From assembly GCF_001194135.2 (NCBI RefSeq), contig NC_069004.1, forward strand, positions 8,564,811 through 8,628,810: a stretch of DNA of 64,000 nt, written 5' to 3'. This document shows, one piece after another, positions 11,050-23,300 of this stretch. The DNA comes from Octopus bimaculoides. Taxonomy: Eukaryota. Under the pieces are notes generated by a model. It was not told the DNA's origin, ran no database searches, and worked only from the letters and a program-made list of their open reading frames with translations. Made by a program: the position numbers and the translations under genes. Positions within the stretch are counted from its first letter, which is position 1. Every line of letters starts with the position of its first letter.

Positions 11050-14000
11050 AACTTAGCAGTTTGGCAAAAGAGACCAATAGATAAGTACCAGGTTAATATA
11101 ATCGACTAGTCTCCTTCCCCAAAATTTCTGGCCTCCTGCCTGTAGTAGAAAGGATTATTATTATTATTATTATTTACCAGCAGAGCACTGGGGATTTACA
11201 TAATTGACTAGCTCCCACTGCTACCAAATAAAAAAATAAGTACTGGGGTAGATTCTTCAAGGCTGTGCCCCAGCATGGCCACAGCCTAATCACTGAAGCA
11301 AGTAAAAGATAACAGATACCATATTTGACTACATGTGAGACACTTTTTATCACAAGAAGTCATCCTGGGTCCTATATTACATGTTTTAATGCACTAAAAA
11401 TCCTTTTCTTCCTGAATATGTGATACTTAAATTGGGTGCATCTAATGTGTCTGTACATCTTTTATGTTCTCAAATTCAATATGTGCACATCCTGTGTGAG
11501 TTGGGTGAAGTTCACATGCAGTGGACTAGCGTACTATTCAGGGAGAGAGGAAGAAACATTATTTATCATATCTATTTGATGTAATGGGAGTAGTTCTGTG
11601 TATCTTGTCATTATGGATTGCTATAACTCAAAAACAAACGCAAGCAGAATGGGTGAGGGGTAGGGCATGAGTGGATGGCAAGCAATGGTTTGTGTCTATT
11701 CAGAGTAAACTTATAATGGAGAAACTCTGCCAAAGGCAAACAACGAAGAGTCTTAGTTCATAATTTTATCAGACTGAGATTTTTCCTTTTCCTGATTTGT
11801 AATGAAGATGTAAATAGTTTTTGAATGGGAATTTATAAAATTTGGAAATTTCTTTATTAATTTTTGGAAACATTTACAAAATTCTTGTACAGTTTTTAAA
11901 ATTTTATATCATTTTTGTTTTTTATATCATTTTTGTCAGGGTTGATAAAATAAGCACCAGTTGTGCACTAGGGTCGATATAATCAATTAGGTCCCTCCTA
12001 TCAAATTTCAGGACCTGTACCTATAGTAGAAAGGACTGCTGCTGTTGTTGTTGTTGTTGTTGTTAAGGTGGTGAGCTGGCTGAATTGTTTGAGCATCGGT
12101 AAAAATGCTTTGCAGTATTTCTTCTGGCTCTTTACATTCTGAGTTCAAATCCTAATGAAGTCAACTTTGCCTTTCATCCTTTCAAGGTCAATAAAAATAA
12201 AGTACTAGTCAAATATTGGGGGGTCAATGGTATCAAGTAATCCCCTCCACTTTAAAAGTGCTGGCGTTGTGCCTAAATAAAAAAAAAAAAACAACTTAAT
12301 TATAAAAAGGTCGCAAGCTGTCAGAATCTAGAATTACCAGAGTATCCGACAAAATGCCTTGCTGTATGTCTTCCAGCTCGTTTTGGTCTGGTTTCAAATT
12401 GTACTGAGATCATCTTTGCCTTTCAGCTTTTTGGAATTGATAGAAAAAAAAAGAAGTGTGTGGGGTCATGGCACAAGGCCAGTAATTTCATGGAGAGAGT
12501 AAGTTGATTAAACCGATCCCAGTGCCCAACTGGTACTTATTTTCTCAACCCCGAAAGGATGAAAGGCAAAGCTGATTCAGCAGAATTTGAACCCAGAACA
12601 TAAAGATGGATAAAATGCCATTGAGCATTTTCCCCAGCATTCTAACAATTCTGCCAGCTCACCACCTTCTCACACTTTCTAATATTAATAATAAATTAAT
12701 CATAATTATATCTATATGAATAAGAAATTTGCATTTCAGCCATGCAGTCCCAGGTTCAGTCTCACTGTGATCTTGTTGTGCAAATACCTTTGTGTATGTT
12801 TATATAAGTTTGTTTTACCCTTGTCCAAACGTGTGATTGTTCATCGATTGTAAACAGTGGCTTTGCTATCAATGTATCTCGTGCAGTCCATCGTGAAAAT
12901 GCATATGGGCTTCCTGGAAGATCGTGACATATATACATAAATACATAGACATGTGTGCATGTGTATGTGTGTTTATATCTGTATGCATATGTATGTATAT
13001 ACATACACACATATATATATGACCGAAGCTTTGTGATTGAATTTGGTAGGTGAAAGTTCCTATCGTGTGTATACATGTATGCATAAGTGTTTGTGTCGCC
13101 TAACAAAGAGGAGGAATGTGTGTGTTTGTGTACATACATATATACATTCTTTCGTGTGTGTGAGAGTATATATATATATGCACATATATATATATATATA
13201 TACACATACACATGTATGTACATAATGAGAAAAGTTATATTACAAGGTTTATTTTGTAAATATTTTTGGATAACATTCCATCCACTGAACTATTCACCAT
13301 CATGACAATTTTTTTAAATTCCATAGTTTCATACACACACACACACACACACATTCACACACTCATACACACACCACACATAATTGGTTCATTAAATTCA
13401 ATGACAACAAAGCAAAACAAAACATTACTACCCCATCGCCATAAAAAAAAATCATTAAAGATTCATTCCAATGCTTGAAGCTTTTATAATTATTATAATT
13501 AGTCGGGTAGCAAGCTGGCAGAATCGTTAGCAAGCTGGGCGAAATGTTTAGCAGTATTTTGCCTGCTGCTATCTTCTGAGTTCAAATTCCACTGAGGTCG
13601 ACTTTGCCTTTCATCCTTTCGAGGTTGATGAAATAAATACTGGTTATGCACTGGGGTTGATGTAATCAACTTAGCCCTTCCCCCCCCAAAAAAAATTTTC
13701 AAGACCTTGTGCCTAGAATAGAAATAATTATTATAATATTATTATTATTATTATTCCTTTCATCCATTTGTGGTCGATAAAATAAGCACCAGTTGAGCAC
13801 TATGATTGATGTAATCAACTTACCTCCGAAATTGCTGGCCTTGGGCCAAAATGTGAAACCATTATTATTATTTAAGGCAGTGAGCTGGCAGAATCATTAG
13901 CATGCTGGGCAAAATACTTAATGGTATTTCGTCTGTCTTTACATTCTGGGTTCAAATTCTGCCAAGGTCAACTTTCCCTTTCATCCTTTTGGGGTTGATA

Positions 14001-14590
14001 AATTAAGTACCAGTGAAACACAGGGGTCAATATAACCGACTAGTCTCCTTCCCCCAAATTTCTGGCATCCTGCCTTTAGTAGAAAGGATTATTATTATTA
14101 TTATTATTATTATTTACCAGTAGAGCACTGGGATTTACATAATCGACTAGCTCCCACCACTACCAAATTTCATGCCTTATTATAAATGTTATTGTTATTA
14201 AGGTGATGAGCTGGCAAAATTGTTAGTGTGTTGGACAAAATGCTTAGTGGCATTCTTAGTTCAAATTGTGCTACAGTCGACCTTTACCTTTTATCTGTTT
14301 TGGAGGTCAATAAAATGGGTACTGGTCAAGTACTGAGGTTGATGTAAATGACTAATCCCCTTCCCCAGGCCTTGTGGCTAAATTAGAAAGACATTTTATT
14401 TTTATTATAAGGAATTTGAACTTAGAATGTTAAGAGTTATAGCTTTTAGTTACAGCTCCCTACATTCCGGGTCCAAATTGTGGTGAGGTCAGTTTGATCT
14501 TTCATCCTTCTGTGGTCAATGAAATATATACTAGTCATATTCTTGGGTCAATATAACTGACTAAATTCCTTATCCCAAATTTATGACCTT
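11050..14590. mobile_element. Cluster of about 10 mostly head-to-tail, decayed family C SINE copies separated by (ATT)n tails
   Basis: The motif GAGCTGGCAGAAT...TTCTGAGTTCAAAT...CTTTGCCTTTCATCCTTT...GGTCGATAAA...AGTAC recurs at about 11050, 11940, 12065, 12300, 12500(-), 13505, 13760, 13875, 14200 and 14430. Confidence 0.75.
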
Positions 14591-14798
14591 GTGTCTGATT
14601 TTGTTTTTTTTTTCTAATAAACAATGCCATCCTTATCTTTGATATATTTTTTTAACTGCTGTGACATATTACTTAAACATTCAAAACCATGATGTTATAT
14701 AAATTTACTGTAAATATACTGTATGAATATAAACATTTTTTTCCTAAAATCTGTGTTTGGCTCAATTTTATTTTTTCACCATTATTTACTTAATGAAA

Positions 14799-15130
14799 GG
14801 TGGAGGCGGTTTCGATTCCCAGACCGGGCGTTGTGAGTGTTTATTGAGCGAAAACACCTAAAGTTCCACGAGGCTCCGGCAGGGGATGGTGGTGAACCCT
14901 GCTGTACTCTTTCACCACAACTTTCTCTCACTCTTACTTCCTGTTTCTGTTGTGCCTGTAATTCAAAGGGTCAGCCTTGTCACACTGTGTCACGCTGAAT
15001 CTCCCCGAGAACTACGTTAAGGCTACACGTGTCTGTGGAGTGCTCAGCCACTTGCACGTTAATTTCATGAGCAGGCTGTTCCGTTGATTGGATCAACTGG
15101 AACCCTCATCATCATAACCGACGAGGTGCC
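14799..15130 (+). mobile_element. tRNA-derived SINE (family A) with a deletion in the tRNA head
   Basis: Body matches 63511-63903(-); the head jumps from GGAGGCG to GTTTCGATTCCC. Confidence 0.85.
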
Positions 15131-15679
15131 AACTTAATGAAAGAAATAATGCAACATACTATTTTACTGCATATATACACACAAAAATATATAAACATCG
15201 TCCCATATATTTCAGTCTCAAAGGGCCTGTAAAGGCTATTGGCATATTCCTTTCCACCAGCTTCAGCCTTTTGATACCAACCCGACTGAGACAGATGCTG
15301 GTTCTGTGACACAAAGTCCCTGTTTTCTGCACCAGTTATCACTTTTTAACCAGAACCATTTACATGCTTCTTCAGCACCCTCTATGTTATATTATATATG
15401 TTATATATTAAAACCCTCCATCAAAATTTCTTGTTAATTTACATCCCATAAACCATCTTAATAGTGACAAAATTATTTCACTAAATCCTTCTTTATTTTT
15501 AAATTAATTGAAACAAAGGAAGTGTATTTTAACAGAAATGTAGCAACAAAAGCAAACATGCATACAATAAAACCATTCTTCCAACTAGTTCTTTTGAAAA
15601 TTTTTTTTTTAATGAATAAAAAGTTTAGGAAGGTATAACAATGCAATATAGAACAAAAAAATGGACTGTATACCTGTTG

Positions 15680-16735
15680 TAACTTGGTAAACTGTAGTCT
15701 GATGATATTTCGGAATTAGAATTCCATCTTCAGATCTTATTTGCCGGAGTCTCTGCTATAAACTGTTTTCCAACGCTTTTTCTGTTTTTCTGAAGCGTCT
15801 CAGGAGTGGTCTCACGAAGCTTCTTCTGGAATTCCTCATGAGAAGTGCGTGAGGTCGGCTGTTTCAATCTCGTGTGTGTTGTGTTGAAACATCTGTGGCG
15901 CTGCTTCTAAGTTGTGTTATACGTGCAGCTTCTCTTTTTTCTTTCTTTCTTTTTTTTTTTGCCCTTCTTTTTTTTTGTTGTAAACAATATATGAGCATGT
16001 TATTAAGAATTAAACTACACACATCCAGATGTAGCTAAATAATATATTGATTACCAACTTCCATCCTGTTGTTAATTTGGGGTCCTAGTTTGTGTATGAG
16101 TAAAGCTTCCTTGATTCTTAAATTACCCAAATTTCTTTCATTGTCCTCAATTGTGACTGTTATGCTTTTATCAGTGTTCCGGCATCTGTCTAGATGTTTT
16201 CTGAAGGAGGAGGCTCTCGTGTTCATATGTTCTTTGATGCGGACGTGTAACTGTCTTGTTGTGCTACCCACATAGAACTTATTGCATTTGTTACATTGTA
16301 TTTTATACACAACATTTACCCGTTGGCATAAATCTGTGTCACGGATGGGACAAATTGTTTATGTGCATTGATTGTTGTCCCTTATTAGTTTCTTTGCGAG
16401 GTGTCCTCTCAGAGAGGGGCCGGAGTGGGCTAGTTGTATATCTAGCCCTTCTCTTCGTATGGCTCTTCGGATGGCTGTAGTTATCCTCTCGCTAAAATGG
16501 GGTATTTTGAGGAAGCATGTGTTGCTGGGTTTTCTATGTGTTCGGCATGTTGGTCGTCTTGGATACTTAAGCCGATTTACAATGGATCTAGAATATCCGT
16601 TGGTTTTCAATATGTCTAGGAAGCGTGTAGTGTGGGTCACCTTGTCCTCTGTTCTGCTGCATTTGCCTTGGATGCGTGCAAGTTCGTTTCTGGCATATCC
16701 TATTTTGGCACCGAGTGGAAGTGCTGAATTGTATT
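15680..16735 (-). mobile_element. 5'-truncated Penelope-like element: RT C-terminus, Cys linker, GIY-YIG endonuclease and 3' UTR
   Basis: One frame reads SALPLGAKIGYARNEL...CS...LDILKTNGYS...LKIPHFSERIT...CT*TICPI...CQRVNVVYKIQCNKCNKFYVGSTTRQLHVRIKEH...NLRIKEALLIHKLGPQIN. It carries the GIY-YIG signature and a single in-frame stop at 16359-16361. Confidence 0.9.
15701..15736 (-). ncRNA. Minimal type-I hammerhead ribozyme motif in the PLE 3' region
   Basis: Minus strand GAU-CUGAAGA-U-GGAAU-UCUA-AUUCC-GAAA-U-AUC-AUC: both core boxes, a 5-bp stem II, a loop-less AU/AU stem III and a 3-bp stem I. Confidence 0.6.
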
Positions 16736-16777
16736 TTTATACAAGAAAACAATTTACATATACCAGGAATAATTACT

Positions 16778-17092
16778 GCTGCTGCTGAGATCCCCTTCGG
16801 TCATGACTGACCATGGGATTGCACCTAGAAAGTTACCCTCCTAGGCACAAGTCCGGGCAAGGTTGTTTATGGAAGACCAGCAGTCACCCATGCATACCGG
16901 TCTCCCCTCTCTGTGCCACCAGTGTTATCCAAGGGAAAGGCAAAGGGGCCGATACAGCTTGGCACCTGTGATGTCGCAACTCATTTCTACAGCTGAATGA
17001 ACTGGAGCAACGTGAAATAAAGTGTCTTGCTCAAGAACACAACACGCAACCTGGTCCGGGATTCAAACTCATAACCTCACAATCGTAAGCTA
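16778..17092 (-). mobile_element. tRNA-derived SINE (family D), 5'-truncated, (CAG)n tail
   Basis: Roughly 90% identical by eye to 28203-28550. Confidence 0.85.
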
Positions 17093-18251
17093 CACCAGGC
17101 TTACGTCCAACCCATGCTAGCATGGAAAGCGGACGTTAAACGATGATGATGAATATAAAATATTCCTTGTAGTGCACCTTCCAAATACTCCAGTCAAACT
17201 TTCCAGTGTTGTTAAGAAGTATTCTCACTTGAATAAAATTGTTGATTAATATATATTAATATTGTTATATTTGGGGATGGTCTTTTTTTTTTTTTGCCAA
17301 ATAACAACACGCACGAAATACTCGTTTTTCACTTCAGCTTTATCGTTATTATTCTAATTTTAGTGTCCTTTGACACACCCCTCTTGGTCTGTGTAGTCCA
17401 CGGACTAAACAGAACAAGAAGAGACACGTAGGATGGAAAGCTGCTGAAGAGGTATGGTCTTAGTGAAAAACGGGTGTATAGTCTGTGTGGTTATTTGCCA
17501 AAAAAAACATCCCGAATTAGTACAATATCTGTTTCAACACACATCTTGCAAAACAAATTCAGAAATGTATATATTAACAGTTGTTTCAGAAACTATTAAT
17601 TCACTGTATTGCCCTGTCTAAACTTTTTGGGGGATATGGATTGAAACATTGCTCAGTAAGTATTTTTGATATATCTAAACCAACCCTTGATGCACCCGGC
17701 AATCTTACTCCCTTCCCACCGCTTTGTTGTCTGCTTTTGTATTGTAGTTATTGTTGTTTAACACCAGGTCAATCCTTATGAGTAGACCTATAATGGTAAC
17801 ACGTTCCAAGCGTTACCATCCCGTTTTATTTTTGTATATACAAGATTACATTATTGAACGTACACTTCTGAATGCGATTTGAGAGTGATTTGGTTAATAT
17901 TTCTAGCTGAATAAGTGGCTACGTATATTCGTAATAGTTACCTTGCTGGTTGAATTTTTTTTTTTTTTTGTATTTAATGTGAACTGGATGTAATTGAAGG
18001 AGCAAATTTATATAATAGAAGGTGTTGCTAAATATATTATGTTAGTTATTTTAAACTTCAGTCACCGGTATTATTACAAGACAGGACAAATTGTTAGCGA
18101 CACCGCCAGCTTAGTAGTATCTTCATAACAAACTCCTCTAGTTATGATATTTAAACATTATCTCATGATATCCAAAACAAAAATCAACTAAATCGTAATA
18201 GATCGCACTCACAGGTATTTCTCAGCTTTTAAGAAATCATTGAGAATTAAT

Positions 18252-19505
18252 ATGGAGGATGTTAATCACTTGGACGTTTCTAACACAACTGTTTTTAACA
18301 AGGTAAATTCAATTGCAGGGAAATACACAGAAGAGGAATCTTCATCTAGTGAAACGTTTACTAAACAAACCTCATTACACAAAGATATTCCTGAATATCG
18401 TTGTGAGATTTGTAAGAAAACGTTCTCTTCAGAGCATGAAGTGGTCACGCACAAAGAAAAACATAACAAGGAAAAACCCTATCACTGTGAGATATGTGGA
18501 AAATATTTTGTGTGTAACAGTCATTTTACAAACCACAAGAGGATACACACCGGAGAAAAACCGTTTCACTGTGAAATATGTGGAAAATCTTTCACTCAGA
18601 ATTACCATCTTGTGGTCCATGTTCGTAGTCACACAGGAGAAAAACCTTATCATTGTGAAGTGTGTGGAAAATCTTTTGTGGATAACAGCAATTTAACAAG
18701 ACATAAACGAATACATACTGGAGAAAACCCATTTCACTGTGATATATGCGGAAAATCATTCTCTGATAATTCTAATATTATCGTTCACAAACGTAGACAT
18801 ACAGGAGAACAGCCGTATCACTGTGAAATTTGTGGGAAATCTTTTGTAAATAACAGCGATTTAAAAAGTCATGAAAGAATTCACAGCGGAGAGAAACCGT
18901 ATCACTGTGAAATATGTGGAAAATCCTTCTCTGGAAGTTCCCAACTGGCAATCCACAAACGTAGTCATACAGGTGAAAAACCATTTCAGTGTGAACTATG
19001 TGACAAATCGTTTCTCACTAACGGCTTGTTAAAAGCTCACCTGAAAATACACACCGGAGAGAAAACTCACCACTGTGAAATATGCGGGAAATCTTTTCTG
19101 AAAAATCACGATTTAAAACGTCACAGGCAGATACACACCGGGGAAAAACCGTACCACTGCGAAGTATGCGGCAAGTCTTTTTGTCAGAAATCGGCTCTTA
19201 CCCTCCATATGCAAATTCACACAGGAGAAAAATCTCATCTGTGTGAAATGTGTGGCAAGTCGTTCTCTCGGAATTCTGACCTTATAAGTCACAAACGTAG
19301 ACACACTGGAGAAAAGCCTTGTTCCTGTGAAATATGCGGGAAATCTTTTGTTAATAACAGTGATTTAAACATGCACAAACGGGTTCATACTGGAGAAAAG
19401 CCCTACTGTTGTGGAATATGTGATAAATCGTTTATCACAAGAACTCTCTTAAAAAGACATGAACTAATACATTCTAAAGGGAAGTCTTTGAGATATAAAA
19501 TATGA
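18252..19505 (+). CDS. C2H2 (Kruppel-type) zinc-finger protein, 13 tandem fingers, 417 aa, single coding exon
   Basis: Uninterrupted ORF with first ATG at 18252, 13 CX2CX12HX3H units joined by TGEKP-type linkers, an N-terminus of about 50 aa with no KRAB/BTB/SCAN, and stop TGA at 19503-19505. Upstream exons cannot be excluded. Confidence 0.93.
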   Translation: MEDVNHLDVSNTTVFNKVNSIAGKYTEEESSSSETFTKQTSLHKDIPEYRCEICKKTFSSEHEVVTHKEKHNKEKPYHCEICGKYFVCNSHFTNHKRIHTGEKPFHCEICGKSFTQNYHLVVHVRSHTGEKPYHCEVCGKSFVDNSNLTRHKRIHTGENPFHCDICGKSFSDNSNIIVHKRRHTGEQPYHCEICGKSFVNNSDLKSHERIHSGEKPYHCEICGKSFSGSSQLAIHKRSHTGEKPFQCELCDKSFLTNGLLKAHLKIHTGEKTHHCEICGKSFLKNHDLKRHRQIHTGEKPYHCEVCGKSFCQKSALTLHMQIHTGEKSHLCEMCGKSFSRNSDLISHKRRHTGEKPCSCEICGKSFVNNSDLNMHKRVHTGEKPYCCGICDKSFITRTLLKRHELIHSKGKSLRYKI

Positions 19506-20135
19506 GAATTCCTTCTGCAAATATAAACTTGGTCTACAATGAATACTCGTTGGAAAACATCTATTGTGATGAAATACACTCAAAATGATTCTAATTAAAT
19601 TCTCGTCTTGTTGTCTGCAAATGTAGTCTTAATCTCATTTTGAGAGAAGTCTTTTCACTAAAATATCGAGGAATTCCTTGTTTGTGAATTATAAACTTAC
19701 AGTTTATAAATGAAGACACACTGGACAGAAAAACTATATTAATATGAAATATATTATGATGAATCATTCTCCGAGCTCTAGTCTTGTAATTCGCATATAC
19801 TGTCTGGAGGAAGATCTGTAGTCTGCTCAGCCAAAAACGAGTATCGACTGAGTGATGGTACAGTTCTTTGTCCATCCAGTTGTCACATCTAGGATGTGAC
19901 ATTAAGTCAAAGGATGGTACGAGAGGGTCAAGAGTGTTGTGTGTAAAAAAACTTACAACTACATAGGTGACTAAAACAATGAAAATATGGTGTATGTTAT
20001 GGAATCCTGCTTGAATGCTGGCTTTAAAAATTCAGAAATATGAACATTCATAAAAAATGGTTGATAGTTGAATTGCAAAGGCAGGCCATGCACATAGAAT
20101 GTCACCTATACTCCTTTTTGAGATTTGAAGAGTTA

Positions 20136-20342
20136 TTGGATTGGCACATAATTATTGCAGCTTTTTTTCAAAAAAATTTATGCAACAAAAACATCTTTAA
20201 ATGATGGTCTGACCGCCTGCCAAGCAAATGGGATGCAGTAATTGAAGTAGATAGTGAATATGCTCCAGAATAATCATTTAAAGATGTTTTTGTTGAATAA
20301 AATTTGTTGAAAAAAAGCTGCAATAATTATGCACCAACCCAA
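20136..20342 (+). mobile_element. Internally deleted mariner element (MITE) with inverted arms of about 70 bp
   Basis: TA-flanked TIRs TTGGATTGGCACATAATTATTGCAGC / GCTGCAATAATTATGCACCAACCCAA. The interior encodes DRLPSKWDAVIEVDSEYAPE*, the mariner transposase C-terminal LPxxWxxVI motif. Confidence 0.85.
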
Positions 20343-23300
20343 TAGAAAAGAACCCCCAATGATGAAGACAAACTAAATCAAGATGCTTATGACACAACTA
20401 CAACCATGTTTCACTGTATATTTAGCATCTCATATTTTACATGTGACACTGTTTATAGTTAACTTTGGTTTCTACTGTATGTAGGTTGGTGTCTTTAACC
20501 CCTTGGGTACCAATCCACCTAAGTTCTATGACACAAATTTCCTATTATAAAGTGATCTCAAAAATCTTCCATCAAAATTCTGTTAATTTGTGTTCCAAAC
20601 ATTAGCATTGTAACGACAAAAATATTTTACAAAATTCTTCGTTATTTTCTAAATTAATTGAAACAAATGCAGTGTACTTCAACAGACATGGTAACTAAAA
20701 AGGGTTAAACCAGAGCTATCTATTCTAAGATAAATTGCAATTATAGCCGACATCATTTGCTTTTCACTTAAACTTACCAATTGTCTAGTTTCAAATTAAT
20801 GGTTGATGGCAAAAAGAAAATATATTTTATTCATTTTCCTGCAACAAATATTCACTTACATGGCTGTGTGTTAAATAAGCTTGCTCCTCAATCACATGGT
20901 TTTAGAATCAGTTGTTCCATTGTATGGCAATTTCGGCAAGTATCTTCCATAGCCCTGAGCTACAATAAAATTTCATGAAATACATTAAATAACGACTAAT
21001 GTATTTTCAATATCCTTTTCAGCTCTCTTAGTCATTCCATTTGAAAATGAATGATTTCAGTCACTTTTGAACCCCACTCTTTCCATATTAAACAAATGAT
21101 GTGCAGTATCACTTTGGGATTGTGTGTGTGTGTATGTGTATATATATATATATCTCATCATTTAACTTTCATTCCATTAAATGATGCTGATGGTGATGAT
21201 TATATATATATAATTTTATTGAAGCTGAGAAGACTTTACAAATTGTATTTAGAACAATGCAATAGCACTAAAGCATTGTTCTAAATACTCACCTGTCTGA
21301 TGATCAATTACCTGATGCTCTGAGTAACAGTTTGGGAAGCTTTTCAGTTTCAATAACATGATTTTGTTCTACGTTTGGTATTTAAGTCCTGTTTTTTCCA
21401 CCTGTGTGTGTGTGTGTGATCTTTCATTAATTTAACAAGTAATGATGTTACTGTAAATTATATGAAAATAGCACGAGTTCACAATTCCTATAAAATCATT
21501 TAATTTTGATCAGTATTTGAGAAATTTATGTCACCGTCTTAGACTTTGAAAAATATTTGATCAAAAATAGGTAAGATTTAGTAAAAACAATAATTTATTC
21601 CATACATCAAAATGTTTTTGACTTTTGAATTCTTGGATTCATAGTTTTTATACATTTAACATTTCATATAATCTTAGTTTTATTGAATGAAAGCATTATT
21701 GGAAGTCTTCACAGCATTAATGAATGGAAGTCAAAATCTTTAGTTCCGAAAGCAACAATGGCTTGAAGTTTTGTCTATGTTTGTAAAGCTCTGTAACTTT
21801 CCAGTAACAACATACATCTTCTAAATCTTATTTCTTGGATACTTTTGTTACTCTCTTAAATGTACCAAGTGAGTAGAGGCTTTCTGAGACTGGTTCTATT
21901 GATACAGTTGATGTTCAGTTTGAACTCCCATAGAGGGAGCTGCTCAGCTCAGCTGACAGTCTGACTTGCAACGCATTACAAAAACATGACGATATCGGTT
22001 GTTATTGTGCCAAGCTCAGCATTGAATGGGCAATCCTATGACCGAACATGTTCCAGTCATGATCATCCCATCTGTCTCTCAAATATTGCATCATCCACAG
22101 TGTCTCTTCCTTTATGAGATGATAGTGGGGAAATTTAGTATTTTGTGCAGGTTGAGTGACTAAGGAGAAGATAACTCAATGAGTCAAAGACTGGTTGTGG
22201 TTTGTTAATGGCGTTTGTACATGACAGGAAGAAAAAAAAGCAGCAAGAAAACAAAACCAACAAAAACGATGCTATAAGTTTTCAACATTAACTAAAACAA
22301 TTCCTAAATGAGAAATGATCCCTGCAAAGTGGGATGGCTGCTGCAGCGAGCGTCACAGGGGTCATTCTTTGTAGCAACACCACTAAAGTCATGTCCATGG
22401 GGTGTGGTTGAACATGCCATTTGTTCTGGGGTGTACAATGTTACTCCCTCCCCCCATCTTCTGTTGTTTAATACCCCCCTACACTTTCTCTTTATTCGTT
22501 CCCTTGTAATTAAATTATAATTCAATCTTTATGTAAACAAAGCTGTGATTATACTTGAAACTGGTGACATATTTTCATCGAGAATGTAATTTTTAAATGA
22601 GAAAAAAGTTTAATAACATATACAGAAATTGTTTATATATATATATAAATTAATAATAAAGATGAGACAAGCAGATAATTTGGGTATTACTACACGTGTG
22701 TCTGTAGCAAAGATTTATTATTATTATTATTAACATACTGCATCATACACCTTGGCATGTAAGAACATTTAAGATTACATAGGATTATGCAATAACATGT
22801 TTGTGTAACTTTGCCACTTCGTCAGGTAACATTCAGAGGCTAATTAGGTGATATGGTAGCATATGTATGTATGAAAAATACCAGACTCGGTATTCTTAAC
22901 CATTTTCATTATTTACTATTTGATATATGAAGACAAGTTGATAGCTTTTTGTGGTGAATTTTGTTATTATTGAAATATATGATTTAGATTTTTTTTTTAA
23001 TGACTACAATGTTATACTCACAACACAATCTCGGATTAAGTCAACACATGCAAATAAGAACAAAAGAAAAATATATACATATGTATATACAGTTGCTTCC
23101 CAACCATAGTTTCAGGTTCAGTCCCAGTATGTGATTTTCTGGAAACAAAGACACCGTATGGACAAGCCTTTCGTTTGTAAAGATCACACAAACCTGGACA
23201 TGCTTTTACAGTGGACTGCAAGCAAACACTGTTAATGCAGCCATTGTTTACAATCAGGAGCTAAATGTATAGATGAGGGAAACACAACTCATTCACATGA

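Noticed and set aside
18266-19304. Antisense and alternative-frame ORFs overlapping the zinc-finger gene
   Set aside because: Shadow ORFs of a periodic coding sequence.
22300-22460. GC-richer segment with IVHPRTNGM on the minus strand, faintly like the Gypsy integrase HPQTNG motif
   Set aside because: Match too short, stops follow immediately, and no other integrase motifs.
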